NCBI GenBank assembly: GCA_051453625.1
Contig: JBOZIK010000001.1
Location: forward strand, 26,442,144-26,506,143
Source of the DNA: Welwitschia mirabilis
Lineage: Eukaryota
Length of the DNA: 64,000 nucleotides
Direction: 5' to 3'
A model generated the notes under the pieces. The model saw nothing but the letters and a program-made list of their open reading frames with translations, made no database searches and had not been told where the DNA came from. Both the position numbers and the translations under genes were made by a program. Shown piece after piece: positions 1 through 13,700 of this stretch; position 1 is the first letter of the stretch, and each line of letters begins with the position of its first letter.

Positions 1-2682
1 TTTCTTTTATTTTTAGTACTTTCAAATGATCACTCTACTTTATGGATTTTAGTGTTGTCTTGACATGATATCTTATAAGTCCTTGTATTTTAAACATCTT
101 TTTATTTTATCATTTATTATTTGATAACATTAGCATACTTGACATCAGCATAATCATTGCCCTATTGAGTGAAACTTTATGAATTTATACATTATGTCAT
201 ACATCATTAATCAAGTGATTTTATTATTGTTATTATAAGAATTTGTTAGGATGGCATTTAGGGTAATAATGCAATCTTCTTCATGTTCCTAGTTGTTTAT
301 TTTCATTTTGTTTTTCTTTAGTTGTTTTATTAGAATTTTTAAAGTCATTTTCTTATANNNNNNNNNNCATGGGCCTAAACATTTTCTAGTCTCTTATGAT
401 GTTTTCTAAAGGATGGTTGCTTATTTATGACAGGTTTTCTTGATCTGATAAGTTTCAGCTTTCCATGCATTCTGGTATATTTGAGGAATCTTTGAGTAGT
501 ATTTTCCTCTATGATCCTTTTCCATTTCTCTATCATGCATTCATCCTTCAGGCCCTTCATTCATTTTATTTCTCAAGTTTCTCTCTTCTTTACCTTACAT
601 TCCTATGTTTTCTGATTTTCTGAGTTTTTCAGATCTCATCTTCTTCTCCATATTTGCTGTCTGAAGTATGTTGTCTTCTTCTATTATCCTCGTAATAGAG
701 GAGGTCACACTTGCATTTTTTATTATAGGTATAATTTGGGATATCTTACTTCTCTTGTGGGGCGGATAGGATGCCTTTTTGGGTGTTAATCTAGTAAAAT
801 CAGCACACAACTTTTAGAAATCCTAACCTTTTATGATCAAATTTTGATGAGTTATTTTTAATGCGTCCTTCATACAAATTGAATAAAATTTTGTACACAT
901 TCATGAACTTTATCATGCATGATCAAGCAATACTTGCACATGTTTTCTATAGCCATGTCTTTCTGATTACTTAAATCATTCAATATAAAAGCTACTTCAG
1001 TGTCATTATGATCTAGATTATGCATACACAGTTTTACTTTTTGAGTTATCACATTTTACTTCATGATTTCTATATGTGTATTGCATTCATTCTATAGTGA
1101 CATGTTTAAGTAGGGGGCTTAGGAAAATTTTCAGTACTCGTATTAATTACCTACTAATGATATCATTATCTATGAACTTAGTTTATAGGCATTATTTTTA
1201 TCTTAAACAAATTGGCTCATAATCTAATTAATCACTTTCTTTGTCAAGGACTGACAAGGCTAAGTAGGGGGCTATGTTGTGATGCCAATTTGTGGGAATT
1301 TGATGGTGTATTTGGAGTACTTTTATAGGATATTCATATAGGTTTTGTTGCAACACTGGTGATTATGAGGATTTAATATGATGATCAGTAAAACATGTGA
1401 TATTTGGCATTATTAGTAGTTTTTTGGTCTTATTCTGACACTGTAGGTTTGGAGAAAAGACTTTATAATATAAAGACTAAGAAAAAAGTAAAAGAAGTGC
1501 ATCATCCTTTCCATTGTTCCCATGATAAACAGGACAACCATACTAGTGATGTGGTTAGAACCTATGACACCGACAGTAAAACATGGGGTACATGTTAACA
1601 GGGAATCAACTGTATAGTCGTCTAGATGATAAACAGGATGACAGATTTAGAACTATACACAGACAACCCATAGGGCTAACAATAGCATATGGAACACTAT
1701 CAAAATTGTTAAGGCATCTCGTCTCCCCTATCATGTGAATGACATATGAGATGACAACTGCTTCTACTTTGCAGCAATAAATTATATTGTAAATGGGGTC
1801 AAATAACCCATGTGGGTTATTAGGGTTTCTGTTTCCCGCCTTTAGGGTTTACCTCCAAATCCCTCTTAGAAAATCTATAAATACCCTTCTCCTCCTTCAT
1901 TTCCTTTCCATCTTTTGTACCCAGTACTTGTGACAAAAGCTTAAAGGGTAAGAGATCCATCCCATCCTACAGAAAGAGGTCACCTTAGTGTTAGGCTGTG
2001 GTTCTCTCATTGAGGTGTTGTTATTCTGATGTTGTAAGTGGATGTTATTCTGATTTCATTGGATTAATACAAATTCTTCTTTCATCTCTTTATTATGCAT
2101 CTTCCTTATGATTTAAGTTGATCTTAGCTAGTGGCAAGCTTTGGTTTATTTAGATCTTAAGGGTAACCTTTATTAAGGTTGATCTTATTTAGTGGAATAG
2201 ATTTGCATTATTTATTTCTTTCTTTCCATATTATATTTAAAATCTTACTTAGGTTGATTTCATAGTTTATATTGATTAAGAACTATTGAATACTCTTATT
2301 CCTTAATATAAGTTATAAAGAAGTAGTCTTTGTGAAAGAAATATTAAGATCTAAGTAGGATCTATTTTCATTTCCATTTATATTCCATTTTCATTGCATT
2401 ACATTCCATTTCCATTTACTTGCATTTCATTTCCATTTAAACATTGCATTTACTTAAGTTATTTCCTTTCAGTTTTTCTAAGAATAAGAGAAAAAAAAAT
2501 ACATTGGTGAAATCAATTCTCTAGCCCAGCCTAGTGCCTTTGTTAGATTACAACATTCGAGTGAACTCCCATCTATACTAGCATGTGTTTTTCNNNNNNN
2601 NNNNNNNNNNNNNNNNNNNNNNNNNNNNNNNNNNNNNNNNNNNNNNNNNNATTATAGGATTTCATAAATTCACACTGCAATA
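1..2682 (+). mobile_element. 3' part of Athila-like Ty3/gypsy element (family A): 3' non-coding region, PPT and 3' LTR
   Basis: 1-357 resembles the family A 3' region at about 36300-36620. PPT AAGTAGGGGG lies at 1262-1271, just before the LTR start TGTTGTGATGCCAATTTG at 1275. The LTR ends CACACTGCAATA (decayed CAACA) at 2682, with no PBS after it. Confidence 0.75.
1275..2682 (+). repeat. Family A LTR (3' LTR)
   Basis: Shares its start, the TATAAATA box (about 1876) and the end motif CATAAATTCACACTGCAA with the LTRs at 8613, 17028, 31443, 37914 and 63048. Confidence 0.8.
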
Positions 2683-4999
2683 ATGAGAACCATTAAGAAA
2701 CTCCAAAATAACTAAAAATAATCAAGAAAAAAGCTCATCTAAGTAAAAAATTAACTTTTTATTAAAAACTATTGAATAAGAACAATATGATAAGAAAATA
2801 CAAAAATGACTTTAAAATAACTAACCACACAACAAAAGAAAATAAAAAGAATATACATAAGGTGATATAAATAAAAGATAGCTCACCTATCTAACATTTT
2901 AACCTAGTATATTTCTATAAAAGAAATTATAACATTACTTGATTTTAAATATGTATAACTTAATGTATGAAAAATTCCATTCAATAAGGTAGTGGTTATG
3001 ATGATGCTAAAGATAAAATTCTTTAAATAATAAATGATTAGACTAAAGAATTGCTCAAAAATAAACTTATCTATTATCATCTCCCAATAAACATCCAAAT
3101 CGCAAGAAATGAAATGATCATATGGAAAGAATAAAAGTATAAAAAATAAGCAATGTCTCTAATAACACTAATAATACCACTAATCCCATATTCTTAAAGT
3201 TTATTATAACTTTATTATCCATGATGAGGAAGTACAACCATAGTCAGAGAAGTAAGGACTTGTGAAGCATGGCTAACTAACCTCCTAGTGGAGTTTTTAT
3301 AGCTATCATATTACACTACTAAAGGCTTCTCTTAAAAATATTTACCTTAGTGTACTTCTGGTAGGACATCATGTTGACTATGTCTTTTAAATATCATAAA
3401 TAGAAAACATCATGGCCTTATTTTATTATTTTTTTAATACATAAAACAAAAAACATTTCACATGACCAAATACTCTAAAAGAGAAAGGTAAAATTCATAA
3501 GATTAGAATAGGAAAAAAACACCTTTAAATAATTGAAGATCTTTTCATCATTGATAAAAACATTGAAAATAAAGCATCTTCCTTAAAACTGAAGTTCATA
3601 AACATGTGAATTTCTTAAGATTGATTGAATTCAATCTTACCACTAATGTATCCAAGTTAAAAGAATAGTTATGGAAATAAATATATAGATCATGTTTAAA
3701 AGATAATCAAGTAATGTCATAATGATCTCTAAAGAAAAAAATAAAAGAAAATTCAGATGGTTTTACTCATGTAATTCCAAACTTTGTCCATTATTTTTTT
3801 GAAATTCTTAAGCAGTCAAGTTAGAAATCTTAATAGAGACATTAAAATGTATTCTTTTCAAAATAATGGAAAAATAAATTATGTATTAGGTAATTGTCAT
3901 CCTGCTTGTCATCCAAACAATAGAGGGAATGATAGAAAATAGAAACAAAAAGTTAAAATTTAACAAAAAAACTAAGAGTAAAAATAGAGAATAGAGAATA
4001 TAGTCTTGACTATTGTGGAGATGACATAAGATATGATACAAATAAAAAATCAAAATAGAAAGATAAAAATAAAATCAAAAGCCATAATTATAAAAACTAG
4101 AAAGTAAACATGAAAAATATTAAATTTTATTTAAATCCTAAAATCTAATTAACACTTTTATTAAAAAGAAAGAAAAAGGAAAGGATTGTTTAGAAGATGT
4201 TAAGAGAAATAAGATCCAAATCAAAAGTTCACCAATTGATAAAACATAAAAGGTTTATAACTATTTCCAAGTAAAATCAATTAGATAAAGAGAGGAGTAA
4301 TGTATAAAACTTTATAACATCATATAAAATCATAAATTTTGGAATTCAAATGGAAGAATAATGGTAACTCTGGTAAAATATTTTCATTAATCTCAAGAGT
4401 TTTATTTTGGTTATCTTAACGAAAAATATTTTTTAGTCCAATTGAAAGATTTTTCACATCCAAATTCAAATTATGATTTTTTTTCTCATATAATGGACAA
4501 TCTCCCTCAAGATGTGAATTTTAAAGTTGTACTTCCTTACAATNNNNNNNNNNNNNNNNNNNNNNNNNNNNNNNNNNNNNNNNNNNNNNNNNNNNNNNNN
4601 NNNNNNNNNNNNNNNNNNNNNNNNNNNNNNNNNNNNNNNNNNNAAATTCTAAAATCTAATCAACACTTTTACTTAAAAAAAAAAAGAAAAAAAGAAGGAT
4701 CTATCTAGATGGTCTTAAGATGCTCAGAGAAATGAGGTCAAAACTAGAAGTTCACCAATTGATTAAAAAAATCAAAGATATGCAATTATTTTCAAGTAAA
4801 CCTAATTTAGGAAAGAGAGGAATAAAAGATATGTGACCTAATAAAAGCATGAATTTTGGAAGTCAAATGGGAGAGTAATGGTGACTTTTATAAAAGATTT
4901 TCTTTAATTACAAAAGTTATATCATAAGGAAAATTATATTCAAGTCTACTAAAAAGATTTTACATATTCAAACTCAAATCATGATTTTTAATTTTTGAT

Positions 5000-7900
5000 T
5001 CATCTAATGGACAATCTCCTCAAGGTGTGAATTTTTATCTAATAGTTGGACTTCTTTGCATTCTAAGGTTTTATTTCTTTTTCATTCTTATAGTTGGATG
5101 TATCATTAGTTTCTTTATTCTTAATTTTTGGTGGGTCATCACAAAGCATAGACTGATGTAATTTCTTCTTTCTTTCTTAAAGTGAATGATTTTATATAAA
5201 TAAAGTTGGTTTGATGTTATCTTCAATGTCCATTTTATTACTTTCTAGATCTTTTCTAGCCACATCAAAGACTCTAATTATAAATGTTCTCTTTTCAAAG
5301 TGACATTTTATTATTCCATCTCTTGTGTCAATGATGCAATGGACTATCATACAAAAGGCTTATCTTAGAAGTAATGGGTATGCCTTGTTATGTTTCACTT
5401 CTATAATAATCACATATATTGGGTAGCAAGCCTCTTTAATTTGGATAGCCAAATCTTTAATGATGCTTAAATATTTTTTAACTAAAGCATCTGCTAATTC
5501 TAAGACAACTAGTATAGGCTCTATTCTATTCTTTAAACTAAGTCTCTTGCAAATGTATAGTAACATTATGTTAATGCTCACTCTAATATCAATCAATGCT
5601 TTCTTAATATTTTTGTTTCTGTCTAATGTAACATTCACCATTGTTTCTTTTCGATATTTAATTTTAGATGATTTTTATAATATGATTTTTTTAAGGGATT
5701 GAGATAGGAAGACTTTGCTAGGAATAATTCATTTACATTTTCTTCTTGTCATGTCTTTCCATAATTTTAACTACCCTAGATTTTGTTGCAAAAGTTTCCA
5801 AAAGGGTAACTTTATATTCATGTTTTTCATTACAGCTTTAAAATATTCATTGAAAGTTGAATTATTATTAATCCTATTAATCTACGGGATAGTTAGTTGT
5901 TGTTGAGAAGGATTTTTCTTTGTTTTTTTATCAACAGAAGAGAAGTTATAATNNNNNNNNNNNNNNNNNNNNNNNNNNNNNNNNNNNNNNNNNNNNNNNN
6001 NNNNNNNNNNNNNNNNNNNNNNNNNNNNNNNNNNNNNNNNNNNNNNNNNNNNNNNNNNNNNNNNNNNNNNNNNNNNNNNNNNNNNNNNNNNNNNNNNNNN
6101 NNNNNNNNNNNNNNNNNNNNNNNNNNNNNNNNNNNNNNNNNNNNNNNNNNNNNNNNNNNNNNNNNNNNNNNNNNNNNNNNNNNNNNNNNNNNNNNNNNNN
6201 NNNNNNNNNNNNNNNNNNNNNNNNNNNNNNNNNNNNNNNNNNNNNNNNNNNNNNNNNNNNNNNNNNNNNNNNNNNNNNNNNNNNNNNNNNNNNNNNNNNN
6301 NNNNNNNNNNNNNNNNNNNNNNNNNNNNNNNNNNNNNNNNNNNNNNNNNNNNNNNNNNNNNNNNNNNNNNNNNNNNNNNNNNNNNNNNNNNNNNNNNNNN
6401 NNNNNNNNNNNNNNNNNNNNNNNNNNNNNNNNNNNNNNNNNNNNNNNNNNNNNNNNNNNNNNNNNNNNNNNNNNNNNNNNNNNNNNNNNNNNNNNNNNNN
6501 NNNNNNNNNNNNNNNNNNNNNNNNNNNNNNNNNNNNNNNNNNNNNNNNNNNNNNNNNNNNNNNNNNNNNNNNNNNNNNNNNNNNNNNTCTAAAAGGGTAA
6601 CTTTATATTCATGTTTTTCATTACAGCTTTAAAATGTTCATTGAAAGTTGAATTATTATTAATCCTATTAATCTAAGGGATAGTTAGTTGTTGTTGAGAA
6701 GGATTTTTCTTTGTCTTTTTATTAACAGAAGAGAAGTTATAATCTTCTAATATTTTAATTTCTTCCTCTTCTTCATCATCATTTCTAAAGTTATTTTGGA
6801 AGGTGAAAGATTCATATGAAGGAGGGTCTGTTTCTTATCCATTTCTTATCACAATACTATAGTTTTTTCTTTNNNNNNNNNNNNTTCCTTGAGGTCTTTG
6901 ATTTGATAGCATTGTTTGTTGAAGGACACTTCCCAAGTTTTCAACTTTAACATTTGTTGTTTTATGTATTTTTCTCATTTCATCCAAAAAGATTATGAGT
7001 TGGTTATTTAAGTGTTAAAATTTGGATGAACTTGGTTGGAAATTTAAGTTTTTAAATTATTTTCTAAAATGTTGGGAGTTATTTTAAAAATGAGTATTTA
7101 ATCTTTTTTATTCCTGATTTTAATCTTCGAAGTTTTAAGATGATTGGTTGAAAGAACAAACTTATTGACATATTCTCTCTTTGTAAGTTGGTAAAAGAGC
7201 ATAATTTTGATGATGTGATAACTATCCTTACATAAATCACAAGTTGGTATAATGTTTCTCTCAATTGTAGATTTTTCATCTAGAATCATTTCTACATACT
7301 TCTCCAATGTTTTTGTAAATTCTCTTATGAAATTTAAAGTGTTGTATTCTATCTCTTTTGTTTTATCTCTTTTAAATCCTAAATAATTTAGCCTATAGTG
7401 TGATTTTATTTTGATGTTGAATAAGTTTGAATTATCTCTACAAGTTCTTCTAATTTTGCCCAAGCATTTTCTAATGTGAGGTTCATAAAGTTTTCATCAT
7501 AAGAGAAATCTACAAGTTGTTTTATTTGGAGAGTTAATACACTATAAAAATAGCTCACTAGTTCTTCTCATAAAAAAGCATCTACCAAATTTGAATGGAT
7601 TGCTATAAAAAAACATTCATATGTGGAGAAATGATATTTGTTTGGTTTTTATTAAAAGTTTATTACCTCCTTTTTCCTTTTTCTCATGGTTTCTTTACTC
7701 ATAAATCTTTTAATAAAGTTTTCTTGGACTTATTCCCAAGTTTTTAAGCTTTTATAAGGGATGGTTTTTAGCTAATTTTTAGATTTATCTTTTTATATCA
7801 AGGAAAATATTATCATATATGTGCTATTACTAATTTTTTCCTTCCCATTTCCTAAGGTAAGGATTATTTGTTTAGTATCTACAATATTTTGAAGTAAATA

Positions 7901-8295
7901 CTCATCATTTTCTTCACTAAAAGTTGGATATTCATTTAAGTTTTTAAGCTTAATATCATCTTCTAGGGATAGACTAAAAGGAGTTTGAATCTTTTATTTC
8001 TGTTAGCTAACAATTCCCTCAGGGTAAGATTTGCATTAGTATTAGGGGTAGAAGATCCTATAACTTGTTTTTACTTTCAAGTGGCATTTGACATTGTAAA
8101 CTAGTTTTCTCCTTCTTCAGGGTTTTCTTTAAGAAAATCTAATTCAAAAAAATAAATTTAGAAGGAAGATTTTATTCACCTAGATATTTATTTTTTGATT
8201 CATTCTTATTGTCTACCAGTCTTTCTTTTATGTTCTTTTCTATTAATAGCATTTGTCTCTAATATCTTTTCTTAAAATTGATCATATTATAGCAT
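5000..8295 (-). pseudogene. gag: Athila-type gag and aspartic protease remnant
   Basis: Minus-strand translations: IFSLI*KDKSKN*LKTIPYKSLKTWE*VQENFIKRF (Retrotrans_gag-like, about 7710-7815); CDLCKDSYH (about 7210-7240); KALIDIRVSINIM...LELADALVK (5360-5641), which is a decayed ALIDLGASINIM protease motif. Many stops and frameshifts, plus a gap at 5953-6587. Confidence 0.75.
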
Positions 8296-8612
8296 CCTGC
8301 AATAGAAAACAATAGAAAATAGATTAAAAAATAACATTGTTATCTTATCTGTCATGTGGATAATAGAGGAGATGATAAAAATAGACACTAAAATCCAAAA
8401 ATAGAGATTAGGAAAAAAAATTTGCAAAGTATTATCCTGTATGTCATGAGGACGATAGAGGGGACAACCACTAATTTAATACTAAAAACAAAAACTAGCA
8501 AACTGCAAATAGAAGAGCTATAGTTTTTAAATAAAATATAATGTCACTATAGATAAATAATCAAATAGAAATATGATATACCCATCTAAACAACAATAAT
8601 CCCTGTACTTAT

Positions 8613-9377
8613 TGTTGCACTACCAATTTAAGGTTATTTGATGGGGTTGAGGAGCTGTTTTGTAGTACTTTTATACAAGTTTAGGTGTAATTTTGAGGAT
8701 TTTAAAGATATAAAAAGAAATCTTGGAAAAGTGAAATTTTTATCTGAATTTGATGCATTAAATACACTTTCCAATTCATAGAGTTTTGAAGAAATATTAT
8801 TAATAAAAATGTTGGTTTATTATCAAGAAAATAACCAAAGAAGACCGTCATCTAATTTGTCATTTCCATGATAGGCAAGATGATACTCTACCAATGTGGA
8901 CCACTAATTCAGCATTTCCAGAATATTCTATCACATACTATCATCCCCATAGTCTTTTGGATGATAGTCTAGATGATACTCTCATATATCCAACTTAGAC
9001 AAGATTCCCTTGACTATTTTATCGATTTCTGAGTCATTGTTAAGCATGTCTAACCATACCAACTGTCTGTTCTTATCTACTGTATTTCTTTATAAATAAG
9101 TTCTCCTTCAACTCTCCTTATTATCTTGGTTGCACCATCTATTCTTATAATAAGAGATCGAAGGGTGGAGATCTATCTTGAGCATTACATAAAAACATGC
9201 ACTTGATGGAGGTCTGTGTATCTTTCATTGACAATCAGCTATTTTGTAACCCAGATGAATGTTACTCTTTTAATATAAAATCTTTTTTTCTTTTCATGGT
9301 TACATTATAGATATTTTGATTATCCTTATAGTCTATGTTACCCTTAATCTTGTGATAATTTTTCGGGTGATATATAT
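8613..9377 (+). repeat. Family A LTR (5' LTR, runs into gap)
   Basis: Collinear with 17028-17790. Confidence 0.8.
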
Positions 9378-10729
9378 NNNNNNNNNNNNNNNNNNNNNNN
9401 NNNNNNNNNNNNNNNNNNNNNNNNNNNNNNNNNNNNNNNNNNNNNNNNNNNNNNNNNNNNNNNNNNNNNNNNNNNNNNNNNNNNNNNNNNNNNNNNNNNN
9501 NNNNNNNNNNNNNNNNNNNNNNNNNNNNNNNNNNNNNNNNNNNNNNNNNNNNNNNNNNNNNNNNNNNNNNNNNNNNNNNNNNNNNNNNNNNNNNNNNNNN
9601 NNNNNNNNNNNNNNNNNNNNNNNNNNNNNNNNNNNNNNNNNNNNNNNNNNNNNNNNNNNNNNNNNNNNNNNNNNNNNNNNNNNNNNNNNNNNNNNNNNNN
9701 NNNNNNNNNNNNNNNNNNNNNNNNNNNNNNNNNNNNNNNNNNNNNNNNNNNNNNNNNNNNNNNNNNNNNNNNNNNNNNNNNNNNNNNNNNNNNNNNNNNN
9801 NNNNNNNNNNNNNNNNNNNNNNNNNNNNNNNNNNNNNNNNNNNNNNNNNNNNNNNNNNNNNNNNNNNNNNNNNNNNNNNNNNNNNNNNNNNNNNNNNNNN
9901 NNNNNNNNNNNNNNNNNNNNNNNNNNNNNNNNNNNNNNNNNNNNNNNNNNNNNNNNNNNNNNNNNNNNNNNNNNNNNNNNNNNNNNNNNNNNNNNNNNNN
10001 NNNNNNNNNNNNNNNNNNNNNNNNNNNNNNNNNNNNNNNNNNNNNNNNNNNNNNNNNNNNNNNNNNNNNNNNNNNNNNNNNNNNNNNNNNNNNNNNNNNN
10101 NNNNNNNNNNNNNNNNNNNNNNNNNNNNNNNNNNNNNNNNNNNNNNNNNNNNNNNNNNNNNNNNNNNNNNNNNNNNNNNNNNNNNNNNNNNNNNNNNNNN
10201 NNNNNNNNNNNNNNNNNNNNNNNNNNNNNNNNNNNNNNNNNNNNNNNNNNNNNNNNNNNNNNNNNNNNNNNNNNNNNNNNNNNNNNNNNNNNNNNNNNNN
10301 NNNNNNNNNNNNNNNNNNNNTCAGTTATTTATCTATGCGGTATTGTATTTTTTTCAGAGTTATAGGTTTTTGTGTGTTGATTTTTAGTTTTAGTTTTTCA
10401 TATTCAGTTTTGTATTAAAAAATAGTGGTCATCCCCTCTGTTATCTCCATGATAGTCATGAAAATAGTGTGCCATTTTTCACTATTATTTTTATTTTTAT
10501 ATTTTAATTTTTTCAAAAATAAATCAATTTATATCATTTTCTGTGATGTTCAGATGACCAGTAGGATGATAGACCTATTTCTGTTTTTTTTTTTTACCTT
10601 CTATTTTGATTTTCTGTTTCTATTTCTATTTTATGATTTTCTGTGAGTGTTCTTTTTTCTATCATCCCCATGATAGATAGGATGACAGCGTTGTTTTTTA
10701 TTCATTTTCCATTATTTTTTGCTTATAGG

Positions 10730-13700
10730 AATTGTGTGTGATCGGACCAGAAAAAGGCTTATTAGAAGGAAAAAAAACCTACTGACAAAAGAAAGTATTT
10801 GAGAAGGATAAAAACATAAAACTCTAGGTGCAAATGTTATTTTTTTCTAAGCTTATTTTTTTTTTATCATCTTTAAGCACATACCTTCATCTTGATCTTA
10901 AGATTCTCTTCCTCCCATTCTTTTAGAAAAAAAATGAATAGTAATCAAGCAAACCATACAAAAATACTTAGGAAAAAGATAAAATTTAGAGAAGACCTTG
11001 AAGAAAATAGCAATAAAATAATTAGATAACTTATTGCAAAAAAAATAGAAAAGAATCTGAGAATGATAGTAAGAAAACTCTTAGTGAGCTTTTTGTAGAA
11101 AGAGGGAAACCAACACAAAGAAATGTTGAGAGTAGGGATAAGGATCGTTCCTCTTTTTAATCATCTTATTATTCCCCCTTTTCTTTTCATAGAAGTAATG
11201 AAGAAAATATTAGGGATTCAACCTCATACAATCACTTTTACCCATCCCATCCATCCCCCATGAATTACTATGAAGTAAAAAATGATCCAATAGGAGAATT
11301 GAGGGATACCAATAATAGATTAGAAATTATCATTACAAATTTTCAACAAAATCTCCTATCTCTTCAAATACAAAATCCTAAAACCTATTTTTCTACATCT
11401 TACCTTGAGGAAAGTGAAAACAACTTAGGAATAAATGATTATAATCCTTACTTTTAAGTTAAGAATAAAGTATTAAGAATAAGCAAAGGGGAGACAATGA
11501 TGATTCAACTATGTCTTTTACTAATGAAGATGAGGATGGATCTTTAGATGATGATGTTGAGGTATTTAAAAACCATTCATTAAATNNNNNNNNNNNNNNN
11601 NNNNNNNNNNNNNNNNNNNNNNNNNNNNNNNNNNNNNNNNNNNNNNNNNNNNNNNNNNNNNNNNNNNNNNNNNNNNNNNNNNNNNNNNNNNNNNNNNNNN
11701 NNNNNNNNNNNNNNNNNNNNNNNNNNNNNNNNNNNNNNNNNNNNNNNNNNNNNNNNNNNNNNNNNNNNNNNNNNNNNNNNNNNNNNNNNNNNNNNNNNNN
11801 NNNNNNNNNNNNNNNNNNNNNNNNNNNNNNNNNNNNNNNNNNNNNNNNNNNNNNNNNNNNNNNNNNNNNNNNNNNNNNNNNNNNNNNNNNNNNNNNNNNN
11901 NNNNNNNNNNNNNNNNNNNNNNNNNNNNNNNNNNNNNNNNNNNNNNNNNNNNNNNNNNNNNNNNNNNNNNNNNNNNNNNNNNNNNNNNNNNNNNNNNNNN
12001 NNNNNNNNNNNNNNNNNNNNNNNNNNNNNNNNNNNNNNNNNNNNNNNNNNNNNNNNNNNNNNNNNNNNNNNNNNNNNNNNNNNNNNNNNNNNNNNNNNNN
12101 NNNNNNNNNNNNNNNNNNNNNNNNNNNNNNNNNNNNNNNNNNNNNNNNNNNNNNNNNNNNNNNNNNNNNNNNNNNNNNNNNNNNNNNNNNNNNNNNNNNN
12201 NNNNNNNNNNNNNNNNNNNNNNNNNNNNNNNNNNNNNNNNNNNNNNNNNNNNNNNNNNNNNNNNNNNNNNNNNNNNNNNNNNNAGAGTAAAGAAGAGGAA
12301 GAAGATGACATTAAAAATTTGGATTATATTCTAATCTTTTACATGTTTTATAAAGATGAAGGGGTTCCACTAATATATGAGATTAAACTTTTAAAATTAA
12401 TGAGACAAGCATTAAAATAGAATCAATGGAAAAGGATTAACTTAACTCAAATGAGGATTAAAGTTTATAATTAATGAAGTTATTTAAAGAGGAAGAGGAA
12501 TCAAGCCAAGAAACATTAGAAAATCCTTCATCAAATAATAAGAGCTTTCCTTTCTATAATCTTTCTAATGATCTTTTTGAGGAGCCCACCAACTTAAAAA
12601 AGAGTAATCATCCTTAACAAAATAAAGAAGAACAAGAAATTATTAATCATAAAGAAGAGGGAGATATAATAAATGAGGAAAGGAACTCTTCAAATCACAT
12701 TCTTGTCCTTAAAAGTAATGAACCACATCATCTTGAGGACTTGAGTTCAAAAATATAACCTCTTTCTTTGATAACTTCATGTGCAAAAAGTAATATCTTT
12801 TCCTCATTTGCAAAGTTNNNNNNNNNNNNNNNNNNNNNNNNNNNNNNNNNNNNNNNNNNNNNNNNNNNNNNNNNNNNNNNNNNNNNNNNNNNNNNNNNNN
12901 NNNNNNNNNNNNNNNNNGCCATAAAATAGTTAGAGAACTTCTTACTAAGAAAAAAAGAAAAGAATCTAAACAGGATGGTAAGAAAACACTTAGAGAGCTT
13001 TTTGTAGAAAAAGGGAGACCAACACAAAGAAATGTTAAGAGTAGAGATAGGGCTTATTCCTCTTTTCAACCACCTTATTATTTTTCCTTTCTTTTTAAAA
13101 ATCCATATAGAACTAATGAAGAAAATCTTAGGGATTCAACCTCATCCCTATAGTTTTATCCATTCCATCCATTCCCCATGAACTACTATGGAGAAGAAAA
13201 TGATCCAAGAAAAGAAATAATGAATGAACTATGTAAAAACATAGAAAACACCACTAAAGGACTGAAAAATTTAATTGAAGTCTTTCAACAAAATTTTCTA
13301 AAAAATCAAGGATTTCTTCTAAATCCTCAAATGTATCCTTCTATATCTTACCTTAAGTAAAAGAAACACAACTTACGAATGAATGATTATGATTCTTGTT
13401 TTCAAGTTGAAAATAAAATTTTTGATCAAACTTCATCATTCTAGTCATTAGGAGATGAGCAAAGGGGAGATAATGACAACTTGACTACATCTTTTAATAA
13501 TAAAGATGAGGATGGCTATTTGTATGATAATGATAAGGAAAGTAATTTATTAAATGAAGAGTACATTTATGAGCAAATCTATGATAAAAATGATGATCAC
13601 ATTTTCCCTTATAATGAAAACAAAAACATGCAACAAGATGATGAGAATAGTAAAGAAGATAAAGAAGATGACATTAAGATTTTAGATCATATCCCAAACT

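Noticed and set aside
375..1052. Three short minus-strand ORFs, possibly an antisense gene in the 3' region of family A
   Set aside because: The first two are out of frame with each other, there is no recognisable motif, and there is no second copy in the window to test conservation.
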